From Balanoglossus misakiensis (taxonomy: Eukaryota > Animalia > Hemichordata): DNA of 64,000 nt. The position numbers and the translations under genes were made by a program. The notes under the pieces are model-generated. The model saw only the letters and a list, made by a program, of their open reading frames with translations. It was not told the origin of the DNA and did no database searches. The stretch is taken from the NCBI GenBank assembly GCA_040954595.2, contig CM082578.2, positions 4,136,831-4,200,830 on the forward strand, in the 5' to 3' direction. Of the stretch, positions 13,160 to 25,907 are shown piece by piece (position 1 is the stretch's first letter; each line of letters begins with the position of its first letter).

Positions 13160-16100
13160 CTCAGGGGGGGGGGGGGGGGGGGGTACTTCCGTTTTGTGGT
13201 ATGATGTGTTATCCTGTACGATTTTTGTGCTAAAATTGATTTTTTGCTGTTTTGGCTTCAATGGGGACCCAACTACCCGAAAATGATGGGGTGCAATTTT
13301 TAGGGCCCCTCCATCATTTTTTATCGGGGGGTCACTCCCGTTTTGGCCTCCCCGAAGATATTTATTCACCTATCTACTCCATTTTCGTAGAATTTTCTGC
13401 TAAAGATTTTTTTTTGCTGTTTTGACTAAAATGGGACCCACCTGGTCACAAAAAATAACATACAAATTTAGGGCCCCTCTATTACATTTGTGGGGGGGGG
13501 CACTTCCATTTCGACAATCTTAACGGTATTTGTTCACCTATTTCGTGTATTCTCTGATGCTGATAGTTATTTGTTTTGTTTGCTGTTTTGGTTTCAATGA
13601 TGAATAAACATCCCCAAAATGATGGAAATCAATTTGTTGGACCCGTCCATCACATTTTCTTGCAGGGGGGTCACTTTAGTTTTAGCAGCCCTGGAGATAT
13701 TTGTTCATTGATCTAACCTTCATAGTGTGACATGTGTATTTGTAAAGGATTTCTTCCAATTTCCTTTTATTAACTTCTATGGGGACCTAACTGCTCAAAA
13801 ATGAGGGAGGTCAAATTTTAGGGCCTCTCCACATTTTGGCAATCTCAAATATTAGACGGTTTATGGGGTAAACATATCAGTTACCTACATTTGTATCAGT
13901 TGTCGCATATACTAAAGCGCTATCTTAGTTTTATAAATATACTTAGTTGATTTATGACACTAACAAATCAACCACAAATATCTCTCTGGTTTGGACTTAG
14001 CATAAGATACCTCCCCTCACCTTGGACCGCCACCCAACTCATCACCACACTCATGTTTTAAAGTAGGCTATACCAAATAGTATAATATATTAGGGTTACA
14101 CTTTTTTTCTCTTTCCCGGGGCAATTAGTGGAAGTCTGTGTAGATGTGAATTTTTTCGTTAAGATTTGTTTATTCTTTCGTAGCACAATCAATGTCTGAG
14201 ATATTTACCATTGTACTAAAATTCTCACTGATATCAGTCTGTGCAAAAACTCTGAAGTACGTTTTTGTTCAACACTTGTATTTTGGGGTATTAAAACGAT
14301 ATTCAGTTGAACTCATTTCAAAGTTAAATACTGTCGTAAATAAAGCCTGTGAAGTACATATCAGTTAAAGTATTGTCTATTTTAAAGTAGTATTTTCAAA
14401 CTTTTCACGCCAATAGCGTAATAGTGCTGTAAAAAGCCCTTGAACTATGTCTTACTTCTAAAACTTGTTTTTGGTAAACATTAACAATATCAAATTTGGC
14501 TCATTTTGAAGCTCAATACTACTGAAAATAAAACAAGTCTGTGAACTACATCTCAGTTTTATTACTAAATACATATTGGCTATTTTCTTAGCACCGTAAG
14601 CCGCGTATTACGTTTGCAGATCGATAGCTATTTGGACATTTTGCAATAAACTACAGAATTAATATGTCAGATAAAAACAAGATTTGCGTGATCTGTGAAA
14701 AGGGTGCCACCCCTTCATCACAATGAGGGATAAATCATACGCAAAAAATTGTCCTGAACTTCCACCAATCGAAAAGAATGGGTGGAAATCAGAGAATGGC
14801 GCGTTTTATCCAGTAAAATGTCTTGCTCTCCCTGCACCATAGGCAGTACTAGAGCTTATCAAATGTGGCTGCAAAGCAGGTTGTAGGGGACGTTGCAGTT
14901 GCTCAAAGAATGATTTACCATGTACTCCCCTCTGCAAATGCTATGGTGGAGACTGAAAACCAATTAAGGGAAAATGTTCTTGAAGATAACGACACTGACG
15001 ATGAGTAGATCAAACAGAACTGTTTTTTGTGAAAATGATGATTGAGAATACCAAGATATCAGAAAAGAATCGTTATGCTTCTTGGGTTGTTTATTGCACC
15101 TTCCGTGGTAGGGAGGGTGCCTCAAGGGTTCATTTTATGAGATGGGACTGTAGCTCGGAAAATAAACTAAAATACACATTATGTACTTTATTATATATAA
15201 AGGAGTTTTAATTTACCTTAGTATACTAAATTTAGATTAAACGAAACAATCTACAATTAAAAAACAACTGTTACAACGGGTTGGCGAAAACAAATATAAG
15301 GAACCCCCCCCCCCCCCCCCCCCACCAAAAAATGTGGTAAAGGGGTCCAACATTTTGCACACCATCACTTTTCGGCAGTCAGTCTGCATTCAAGCCAAAG
15401 GAGCAAACCAAATTGCAAGAAATACCACGACAATATTAACCGTATAGTAAATAGGTGAACAAGCATCTTCAGGGTGGCCAAAACAGAAATGATTACCCCC
15501 CCCCCCCCCAAGACATGATGGAAGGTTCCAAAAATTTGAACCCCATCATTTTAGTTCTGGTGGAGCCCCATTGAAACCAAAACATCAAAGAAAAATAGTA
15601 TTGTTAGCAAAATATTCTATGAAAAGGGAGTAAATAGGCCAACAAACAACTTCGTAGTGGCCAAAATGGAAGTGCCCCCCCAAATAAAAAATGATGGAGG
15701 GGCCCTATAATTTGCACCCTATTATTTTTGGCCAGGTGGGTCCCCTCCAAAGCAAAAACAACAAAAACAAATTACATGTAATTGTAGCCCAAATTCCCAT
15801 GATAATAGAGTAAATAGGCAAACAAACAACTTCGGAGTGGCCAAAATGGAAGTGCCCCCCCCCCAAATAAAAAATGATGGAGGGGCCCTATAATTTGCAC
15901 CCGATTATTTTTGGCCAGGTGGGTCCCCTCCAAAGCAAAAACCACAAAAATAAATTAATTGTAGCCCAAATTCCCTTGATGATAGAGTAAATAGGTGAAC
16001 AAATATCCTCGAGTGACCAAACCAGAAGAGACCCCCCGAAAAAAATTGATGGAGGGGCCCTAAAAATTGCACCCCATGATTGTTGGGTAGTTGAGTCCCC

Positions 16101-16328
16101 ATTGAAGCCAAACAGCGAAAAAATCAATTTTAGCACAAAAATCCTACGGGAATACACATCATACCACAAAACGGAAGTACCCCCCCCCCCCCCAGAAAAA
16201 TATGATGGAGGGGCCCTTAAAATTGCACCCCATCATTTTCGGGTAGTTGGGTCCCCATAGAAGCCAAAACAGCAAAAAAATCAATTTTAGCTCAAAAATC
16301 CTACGGGAATACACATCATACCACACTA
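13160..16328 (+). mobile_element. Academ-like deletion derivative with long repeat-built inverted arms and a Cys-rich transposase C-terminal relic
   Basis: Arms of ~130-150-bp sub-repeats are inverted between 13160-13850 and 15300-16328, and the right end is ...CACACTA. Region 14714-14956 translates to MRDKSY...PELPPIEKNGW...PAP*AVLELIKCGCKAGCRGRCSCSKNDLPCTPLCKC. Confidence 0.65.
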
Positions 16329-16509
16329 ATAGTATCATTGACGTAGTAACGCACAAATTGCAACAACTAACGCAGCTCAGGTTCCGGTCGCAACAAAATA
16401 TCTAAAACTTGACAAAAGATGTAGCAACTTTTGTTAAAGGTCATGCCATGTGTCCGGGCGTCTGCAGAATACTTGTACAGACGGCCGCGGCAGACACCCA
16501 TGAGATCGA

Positions 16510-18150
16510 CAGTCAGATCGCACGGTGCTCATTTGCATATGAAAGTTCGTCAAGCCAGCGACCGTTAATTTTCAAACAGACGGCAATAGGCCAGTTTTCA
16601 AGGTGATTTTCAACTTGATTTTTACACTCCGTGGTACAATAAAATACCATGCTAGCTCGATAAATTTCGAAAGTGATTCCTATTTTGCACTGCAGACGTA
16701 AATTTTATGAGAATCTGTCGGTAATAGTAGTAGTTTTTAGCGTGTTTTCGGTGGTATGTTGGTGACCTCGGAAGAGACGTCCACAAACGTGCCAAAAATC
16801 ATTTGAAGACGACCTCGGAAGTTAACCAAGTTTTCGTGACAGATAGGTCTAATATCGGTCCCAACATCCGTGAAAAGAAATTAACTCGAAATGCTTGTGT
16901 AACGGTCAGCTTAAAAATAATCGATGTAGTTCGACGATATGACCCGGAAGTATAGGCCCTACGTTGACCTCTCCATGTTAGGCTTGTAAATACGGAAGTG
17001 TTGCGTTGCTCGTGAAACGACACGTTTATCGTGGGGAACACAGTTTCTAAAAGACACTTGTCTAGTAAAAATTACTGGATAGTGTATAACACTCTAAGGT
17101 AACATATCAGCCAAGTTTTAACTTAATTACTGGCCTGATTTCGACACAACATCGATCAATCGCACGAGTGCCGCGCCCGGGTGCTCCACGCCGTACGCCT
17201 ACATATATGATTACCCATGAACAGAATGCCAGGTTTACCGTTCGTGAGGAGCTCAGCTGACGTATTTTGTATATATTTTTTTCTCCGCATCGTGGGATAT
17301 AAGTACAAAATACAGGATACAGGATAAAGAGTTAAAAATACAACAAAATACAGAATAAATTGTCAACTCAGACAGCTAAAATAAAACAGTCAACTGCAAC
17401 ACCACCACCACAAAAATCAGTCTTCATCAATCTGAAAGAACAATAAAATTAAAAAAAGTGAGTTTCCTTGACGGGCAAACCTTCATAAAATAATTGTTAG
17501 GGTTTAGTAAAACTCGGGATTACATATCAGCAATCAAAATTTCTTCGCACGAGATAGGAGGGAAAACTACGCAGCTGGTACAACCCAGGATCAAGCCTGC
17601 GCCAGCGTATATACGTACACATGCATGCTGTCTTCTCCCGCCATTTTGCAGAAGAAGTGGCGTTCACGGGTTGAAATGTAAACAAAATGGCGCTCACAAG
17701 TTGAAAGGTAAACAAAATTGAACTGGTCATATCGTCACTATCAAAGCTTGGAAGTGAATGAAAACTCAAAGAGAGGGAGTTTGATGTCTATATTTTGATA
17801 AAAGTTTGAAATTCCGTGGTAAAATCCATGTGTAACGGTCAGCTTAAAAATAATCGAGAGGATGTCAACGCTATGTGTTTTTTCACAGTCGTCAGAAATT
17901 TCGTGATTACAAAGAAACTACTCGACAGAAGTTGCCAAAAAATCATTCAGTAACAATCCAGTATACCTACCTTCAAGTGAATCCACGGTTTTGGCTTAAA
18001 ATAATCCACATCGCCTGAAAACAGCTCTATAATATCGAGTAAAAAAATGGCCTATTTCGCGACCCTTCAGCGGGGCCCACTCTAACGGCTACATGGTTTG
18101 AAGTACTTTCTTCATTTGCATATGTTAATGAGTACCGTGCGATCTGACTG
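16510..18150. mobile_element. Non-autonomous DNA element with 3-bp TSD (Academ-like)
   Basis: TIR CAGTCAGATCGCACGGT(G/A)CTCATT, with CGA duplicated on both flanks. Confidence 0.65.
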
Positions 18151-21048
18151 CGATGTTCAGGGCAATTAGTGATGTCAAAAAGAAGCAAAAAAGACAGGCG
18201 TTTTTTTTTTTTTTTTTCAGCAGAACAGTAATTTCCATCAGTAATTTGTCGATTTTATCAGGACAGAAATCATTGCTTTAGGGACCGTTCAGTTTTTACG
18301 GCCGAGGGGGGGGGGGGTGTCAACATGATTGGGGGTCAAAGGTCAACATGTCCCCGGCCCCGCATAATTGGCCCCCTACTTTGCCAATATGGCCCTCTAC
18401 TTCAAATTTTAGCGAAACCCCTGTGCACTATTACCCATCATGTCATTTGGTGTTGAAGTTCATATTTATGGTCAGTAGTTGGGGTCTATGTTCAAGTTTT
18501 TCAATAAACATCACACAGGGGATCTGCAACTTTAGATTTGGTTGAAATGAACCTCCACAACGGACGCAGAGGAGAACATTCCCAGTTATAACTATCAAAA
18601 TGGAATTGGAAAAATTTTTCTCACACTCCTGGCCGCTGGGAGTGTGGGATAGAGAGTGTGGGATCAAATTGATCCCACACTCTGTGTTAATGCGCACACA
18701 GACAACTGTTATCTGACACGAGCTCTGATTGGATAATGATATCCATACCCCTCAGAACGAGCAAATATTATCCAATTGTGCGATGTGTTGTACACAAACC
18801 GGAACTAAAATGTGATCAGGTCATGTGCAGTGGTGTACCTGGTTGGCGACAGACTAAAAAAAACGGTTGTATTTTCTAGATATCGCGCGAATTTATGCCA
18901 CTGGAAACAATCTCCATATTTTAATGTGTTGAGCACATTTTTATAGCATGTGTGTACTGTAAACTCGTGATGAAATGGGGACTATGTTTTGCGGGGCGGA
19001 TCAATATATGACTGGTCATGCAGTTATCAGTTGGTATTTTATAGATTTAGTTCTTTTATTGTAAATAAACGTTAATATCGCAAATTTCTGGTCGTGTGAG
19101 AAAAAGAATCTCACACACCAAGGACCTGGGATCATATTTCCCACACTCGCCTGCGGCTTGTGTGGGACAAAAAATCCCAAACTCGTGTGAGAAATACGAT
19201 CCCAGGTCCTTGGGAGTGTGAGATTCTATTAACGTATTTCCAACGACCCGGCCGGCGACACAAGGGTTCAGCGTTTAAGAGTGTTTTTTCCCCCTCACTT
19301 TCTTTTGCTTGACCCAAAGTTGTGATTGTTGGTGTTGCCATTATCTAGTGCTCAAACAACATGGCTTCGTTCTGTTGTGTCGATTGCCGACAAACCGCGA
19401 AAGGCGTTTTCACCAACACGAAAGTGACCGGGCATTGTAATTTGCATATCAAATATAGGATAAAGATGGACGTTCAATCAGGCATAAATGATCCCCATTC
19501 CGTCGCAATGTCTTCAACAGTTACACTGATCGACAGCACAATTCACCAGCGTCATATGCGAATTTTCTGTGCGCACTATAAGTGATAACTCACCAATACG
19601 GTGGTAGCTGCTCCGAATTCAATATTGACGGAGAGATGGAGAGACGTAGAGGTTGAGAAGCGAAGAGATGAAGAGACCCAGAACTGACGATAGACACGTG
19701 ACTCGAGCGAGTAATGACGCGGTTCACCCAAAAGATAACTGAACTTCCGCTAAAAATAAACTCTGTCACATACACATCCCCGCCACGCAGAGCTTGCCTT
19801 CCGCGACTTCCTATTCGATCCCCGTCTTCATCACGTTCCCACGACTTTTTTCACATTATTATTTAAAAAATCGATTTTATTAAATAGGCCTATAGGCTCA
19901 GCCTGCAGATGAAAACGAAATATTATTGGGGTTAAATATCGCATGAGGGCGCTGTTGGTAGGATCAGAAATATACACGACTGCTCCTTGGCACACCTAGA
20001 AAAATTCTGCACCATGTTCTTTGCACTTTTTCTATGATGTCATAAAACTGAAAACCCCAAATCTCCGATCCATGTGTGTACGTACGCGAACCCGGGCCGT
20101 GCCCACCTTGTATATCAGTTGTATTTCCCATCATAGACACGGGAAAGATAAGCGTTTCGGAGTTTCATTGCGACTAACGTACCTCAGGGCCTGTACATTT
20201 TCAAACAATCGGTTTCTTTGTCAGGATATAAACAGCGGTCGAGAATGGGCAAGATTTGTAATACGCAGATAATTCAGTAGAACCAGCATAGACATTTTTC
20301 ATCTTCCCAGCAGACACTAGACGGTCCATTTTGAAATGTGAATTTTATGCGAAACTGATTTTTTGGTTGAGAGGAAAATACTGTGACTGAAATTTATGAC
20401 GAAATGAAAGAGTAAAGCGTAACAAAATATCAAAACTGACCAGTGCGACAGTTGTACACCCTGTCCCAGTTACACTACAGTGCAGTGCAAGCAGTGAGCA
20501 AGTGTCGGCGTTTTCAGAGAAACACCCGATTGAACATTTTAATGATGTTGCAAAGATGCAAAACAACTCATCAAATGATCAATTATATTTACTTCCTTTG
20601 CAGTTTTCATCTTACAGTATTCCACAGCCATCTCCTAAAATACGGCAGTCGCAACGGTTCGTATAAATCCTTGTCAAGCGCTCATTCTCATATCCATATG
20701 ACTACAGCATCACGTTGAATATTTCGCGCTTTCCGGTTGAAATCTGACCAGACGAAAAATTTTCAGCATACTGTGTTTGAATTTAATCGGATCATGGGAG
20801 GAAGCGGAGGGCGCCGCCACACGACTTTTGGCAAATCCACATACACCTTAACACAAAATCTCTTTATTTGACATACATTTGGGGAAGAAACCAAAATAAA
20901 GAATTTGTTTTAAGCTTAAATTATCCCTATTCATCGTTTATATAAAATTGGATCCCAGTTAATCATATTTAAGCGAGTTTTGATGAAAGCAAGCAATTAA
21001 ATAATTCTGGAGTTGATTCAAGACAAAGTTTGTTGTACATGTACTTAA

Positions 21049-21551
21049 AGGCACGTAAGCTGCAACTGGATAAAAAATTAAAGTTTTAAATAATCTCATA
21101 TATGCTTTTAATTATGTCTATTACATGCTATTTCATGATAATATATCAAGCTCAACACTTATTTATGACAAAATGGCCAAAAATTAAAGAAAAACGAAAA
21201 TTCCTGCAATTTAAAAAAAGTGCAATATTGCAATGAAAAATGAAACTCTGATGTCTCAGTGGTGTACATATACTTCCATGAGCTCAAGTGGATGAGATCA
21301 TGTTTTGTTTATGAAGTTTCACAACCGGAAATGCGACATTTTCATTGTTTCTTGCATTTTCCCACGGTGGCGGCCATAATCGCTTGCGGCAAAGCTTTAT
21401 TATTTATCTGGTTAAAACTTGCATATGCACTCATATTTAGGGTTTATAATGCTTGTGTATAGTTCACTGCCTTCATCTGCATGAACTAATGGTAGTGCAG
21501 TTTAAAACAAAAATTATGAAAATTATCCCAAAAGTTACAGCTTACGTGCCT
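21049..21551. mobile_element. Kolobok-type MITE
   Basis: TTAA TSD, TIR AGGCACGTAAGCTG(C/T)AACT. Confidence 0.8.
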
Positions 21552-21918
21552 TTAAATGCTGTATGGTTCACAGTAAACCCTTTTTAAATTGGTGATAATG
21601 CTGATAAACATTCATTGAAGTTGGGTAAAAAAAGCAATAATGGCAAAAGCAGTGATATTTTTCAGCTGTAAATGCATTGTAGACACACCGTAATGTGTTG
21701 TTTGTCCCGTATCACATGAGAATTTCCTTCAAAATAAACTGCCTAGCCACGCAAGATCTCGCAGGGTCTCGTGCAGTTCGGAAAATAGTCTTTTACAAGT
21801 GTACATGATGTGGTCCATTGCCATATTTCACCGACCTCTGCATATGTATCAGTGAGTATCACACGAGAAGGCTCATTGGCTGTCTACATTTTTCTTTCGT
21901 AGTTACTTGTCCTTGTAA

Positions 21919-22611
21919 GGAACCAATCAGTTTTTACGGCTGGGGGCGGCAAAATCCAGGGGGGGGGGGTAACTTAAATTTTGAAGTCCAAAAGGGGAGG
22001 GTCACCTTTTTTGAAACGTTTAGGGGGGTCACATACTTTTGCCACCGAACTTTTGGCTTTTGAGTCCACAAAATTGCAGTTTCGCGCCCTTTTTTTTTAC
22101 AAAAACACCCACCCCACCCCCTTCATTCTTCGCAACATTTCATTTATTGGCTGGTTTGTCTAGTGTACCAAGGGCAGACTACTTGCCACCCACCCCACCC
22201 CACCGATACTTACTTTGAGTGGAGTGTCAAAAGTAAAATTGGTCCTCCCCAACATTGAGTCAATATGCTTTTGAGTTCATTAAAATGCAACTTTGAGCAA
22301 CATATTTTACAAAATTTTCTTATGTGGGAGGGGGGGGGGACACCACCTCCCACCCCACCCCCGCCACTTTTCTTGTTTTACCAATTCTAGCACCTATTGT
22401 ATTGACTTGTCATTTTAATTTATTCATAGATTTCTTTATTGCAACGATATATTATTATATACTTCAATTACTTTAGGAAATTTATAATTGAGGTATGAGG
22501 AGCCTCATTCCCTTTATTGCATACAGTGTACATAGGATCAGGACAGCGAATGTTTTCGGCGTGGGGGTCATCACCATCACATCACTCCAGATGTAAAAAC
22601 TGAACGGTCCC
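21919..22611. mobile_element. Harbinger-type MITE, same family, internally deleted
   Basis: TAA TSDs, both TIRs present. A further terminal fragment lies at ~18281-18320. Confidence 0.82.
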
Positions 22612-22827
22612 TAAGACGACGTCTGATTGGTCGTTTGCCCCGGTAGTAGGTCATAAATTGTCAAGTCACTTGGCAGGGTTACATCATCAGAACTGGATCA
22701 GCTAATACCCGACTAAGGTACTGATGGAGCCTATGTTTACAGCTTTATGTTCATCACACTTTCAAGGTAGCGTAATGTTCTAAACGTTCTTCATGTTTCG
22801 TTGTTATTTGCATTGTTCTGTATTCGT

Positions 22828-25800
22828 TCAACAGAGCCAGCTAATCTCGTCGTCGTCACACAGAGACAGACCACGTGAGTTACACCTGTTTCCATCCTGC
22901 AGCTGTTGTTTGATTCCATCGGCCAGGTCAGCAGTCACGTTACCCGCCACATCACACCCATTGTCCAAAGCGAACGTTACTTTCTGATCTGAATTCCCAG
23001 CGCCAGGTGCTCTACCTAGTTTGGAGAGAGGTAGAGACAAATTATTTCATTGGACACTGTACTTCATATCAAGTCAACTTTTGAATGATCTAGTTAACAC
23101 ATAGTCACAAATGGCAACCCCAGAATCGCTATTTTATACTCACGAGCGCATCGAAGGAACTTTGGGGGTGTCCACATCCATGCAACACACGCAAGAACGT
23201 CGTGGCCTCTGTAAGGTTGAAATCCAGTCTCACAGAACAATAAACATTTCTGGATACCGTCAATACCTCTGCCACACACCATGATGCCATTTTCTGGTAC
23301 AGGCGGATTGATACACCGGTCTGTATAGAACGTAAAGCGGTAAAAAGTCACACCAAAACAAACCCGAACAAATAGTTCACCATAAATAGGAAGACGATCT
23401 ATGTGCACTGTTCTGTTCTCTTAGCAGTGGTTTAAGATGACCCTTTTGTAATTATCATTTTTTTGTGTCTGTTTCTTTAGACCGGGTCCTGTGACATTTA
23501 CTAATACTTATAGGCATTAACTCTTTCACCACCATTGCCCAGTCCAAACCCATTGTTTCCTATGGTAAAGTTCGACCACTAACTAGGGGTGAAAAGCTCA
23601 AGCATTTAGAGAGACCAAACCCATCGAATATTGAAACTCACACTGCATATGTTCAACAACGACGGCGAAGGAACACGTTGCTGTATTGCCCGACAAATCG
23701 CTGGCGACCGATGTTACAATATACTCTCCAACGTGGAAATTGCTACCATCAGGTTGACTCACGTATACAGGTAAGAGGTCCGCGTTGTCTTCAGCAAATG
23801 GCTGGTTCCAGCCAATGGCTATCCTATCCTTATATGTGCTCCGATGAATATCCTGGGGACAGGTCACACTCGGCGGTTGATAATCTGTGTTGATGAGGGG
23901 AATATAGACATAACACATAGATGTGTCTTTCTGCACCACTGAACCATAATCATGGTGGGCACGTTGTTTTCGTATACTAGTAATACTATTGGTTCAATAA
24001 TGTATCTTATGCATTTATTTCGATGGTAGAAATAAGATTTGCCATAGTTTTAACGTCAAAACATGAGGTTGTTCACAATGGGAAAACCCTTCGTGGTGGA
24101 GAAGATTCACATGTTATTACCTTACCAACGACTTTGATGACAAAATGACAAACTGCGATTTCATCCCCGGCGGCTGCGATGGCATACACGTGAATTCCTA
24201 TACGAGATTTGTCACTGAAGGGCAATATTCCTGGGATATTCACATCTATGCCCTGAAGGTCATAGGTTATAGGTTGACCTGCCCCGTCGACTGCTTGCAC
24301 GGGTAAGCTGTCAATGTAAGCGGTATTTCCACCGGCTGAAACATTGTATTCCAAAATCTGTCCTTCGGGACATTCTGTGAACGATAGCCCAGCCACTGAA
24401 AAGATACAAAAATATTTTATCCAATGTTCATGACATTCACTCAAACATTCATTTTGCATATTGACCCTACAGTTACCGGTGATACTCGGTTTTTAGTTAA
24501 GGCATGTCTGAGTTTATAGTTTCATTGACTCCAATGTTTGTGTACACTACTGGTGCATGCACCACCAAGACGCTCCCCCACATTGTCAAAACCTGACACC
24601 AAAAGTCACGGAACCGTATCTGTCATCAGAGTGCGCGATGATATTCATCGGGCTTAATTTTTAAGTCATCAATGAACGCTTACCTGTACAATAAGGGTCA
24701 CTGTCCCAAATACCGTTGATGCACTGTACCGAGTCTCGGCCCACTAAAAGGAATCCCTCCTCACAAGACACGGACGCAAACTCTCCATGAGCGAATACAT
24801 ACTTGATGGTTGTCCCTTGTTTGTATATCAAGTGCGTTGCATTACTGGGAGCAGAGCAGTTTCCTGAAACGAATGTGAATGGATGCATTCAGGAATTTTC
24901 TTGCCTGTGTAACCCTTGTAGTACAAGTAACTGGTGGACCAGAAATGTCGGAGGGAACATTTACCATGGGACAATCATCCGACACTCAGGGATTCACTAA
25001 TTTGCTGAGTTGACAGTTGGCTATTATATTTCTTACATGTTTGCACATACTGGACTATGAGCTTTGTACCTGTCTGTGCGGTAGTACTGCCGTGAGTTGT
25101 TACGGGTTGAGTTCTAGTAGTCTGTTGTGTGGTTGGTCTGGTTGTAGCTTGAATGGTTGTATCACCTTGGGTTGTCACCACCAGACTGGTAGTACCTTGT
25201 GTTGTTACACCTGCAGTTGTAGGCCCTGCAGCTGTAGTTTTTGCAGATGTTGTACCCCCAGTGGTCGCCACACGACCTGAGATTCTTTACTTACAACGGT
25301 GGTTTCTACTAATAGCCGCTGAGCGTAGAAAAAAGTCGGTTGCCTTATGGATTATAAAAGTATAACCCTATTAGAATCTATGTTATAGTTACATATTGAG
25401 TCTATTTGCATGCAGTAATGTGCATATATGTTTAAGTTCAAAATTCGCATTCAACTTGTCAAACTTTTTCAAGACACTCACCCCAACACGAAAAATCCCC
25501 GATTGCAGGTAGCCATGTTCCATCTCCTTGACACAGTGTTGAAGTACCTCCGAACAGAGTTCTGTTATTGGCTGATCCGGTGCCATTACATGTTAATTCA
25601 ACACTTTCACCAACTCCAATCGGATATGTTGTTGTCGATTCCTCCTCAACGTAATTTGGGAAGTCGTCTGTCCACCTACCACATACTTCGACGTGGAAAA
25701 TTAAATAATTGTTTCGTTAGATAAAATGACAAGACAGAAAATTGCATTGTGAACACTGGCAAAATGAGTGAGATAATTACTTTCACGTGTAACGTAATAT

Positions 25801-25860
25801 CGTTTTTCTACAATTCTAAATGTGCCAAAAGGGACATAAAACAGTCACAATGTTTTCCAT

Positions 25861-25907
<47 letters not shown>

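Noticed and set aside
19581-19770. Possible second solo LTR
   Set aside because: Only one clean terminus (TGTCACA) and an imperfect TSD, which is insufficient support.
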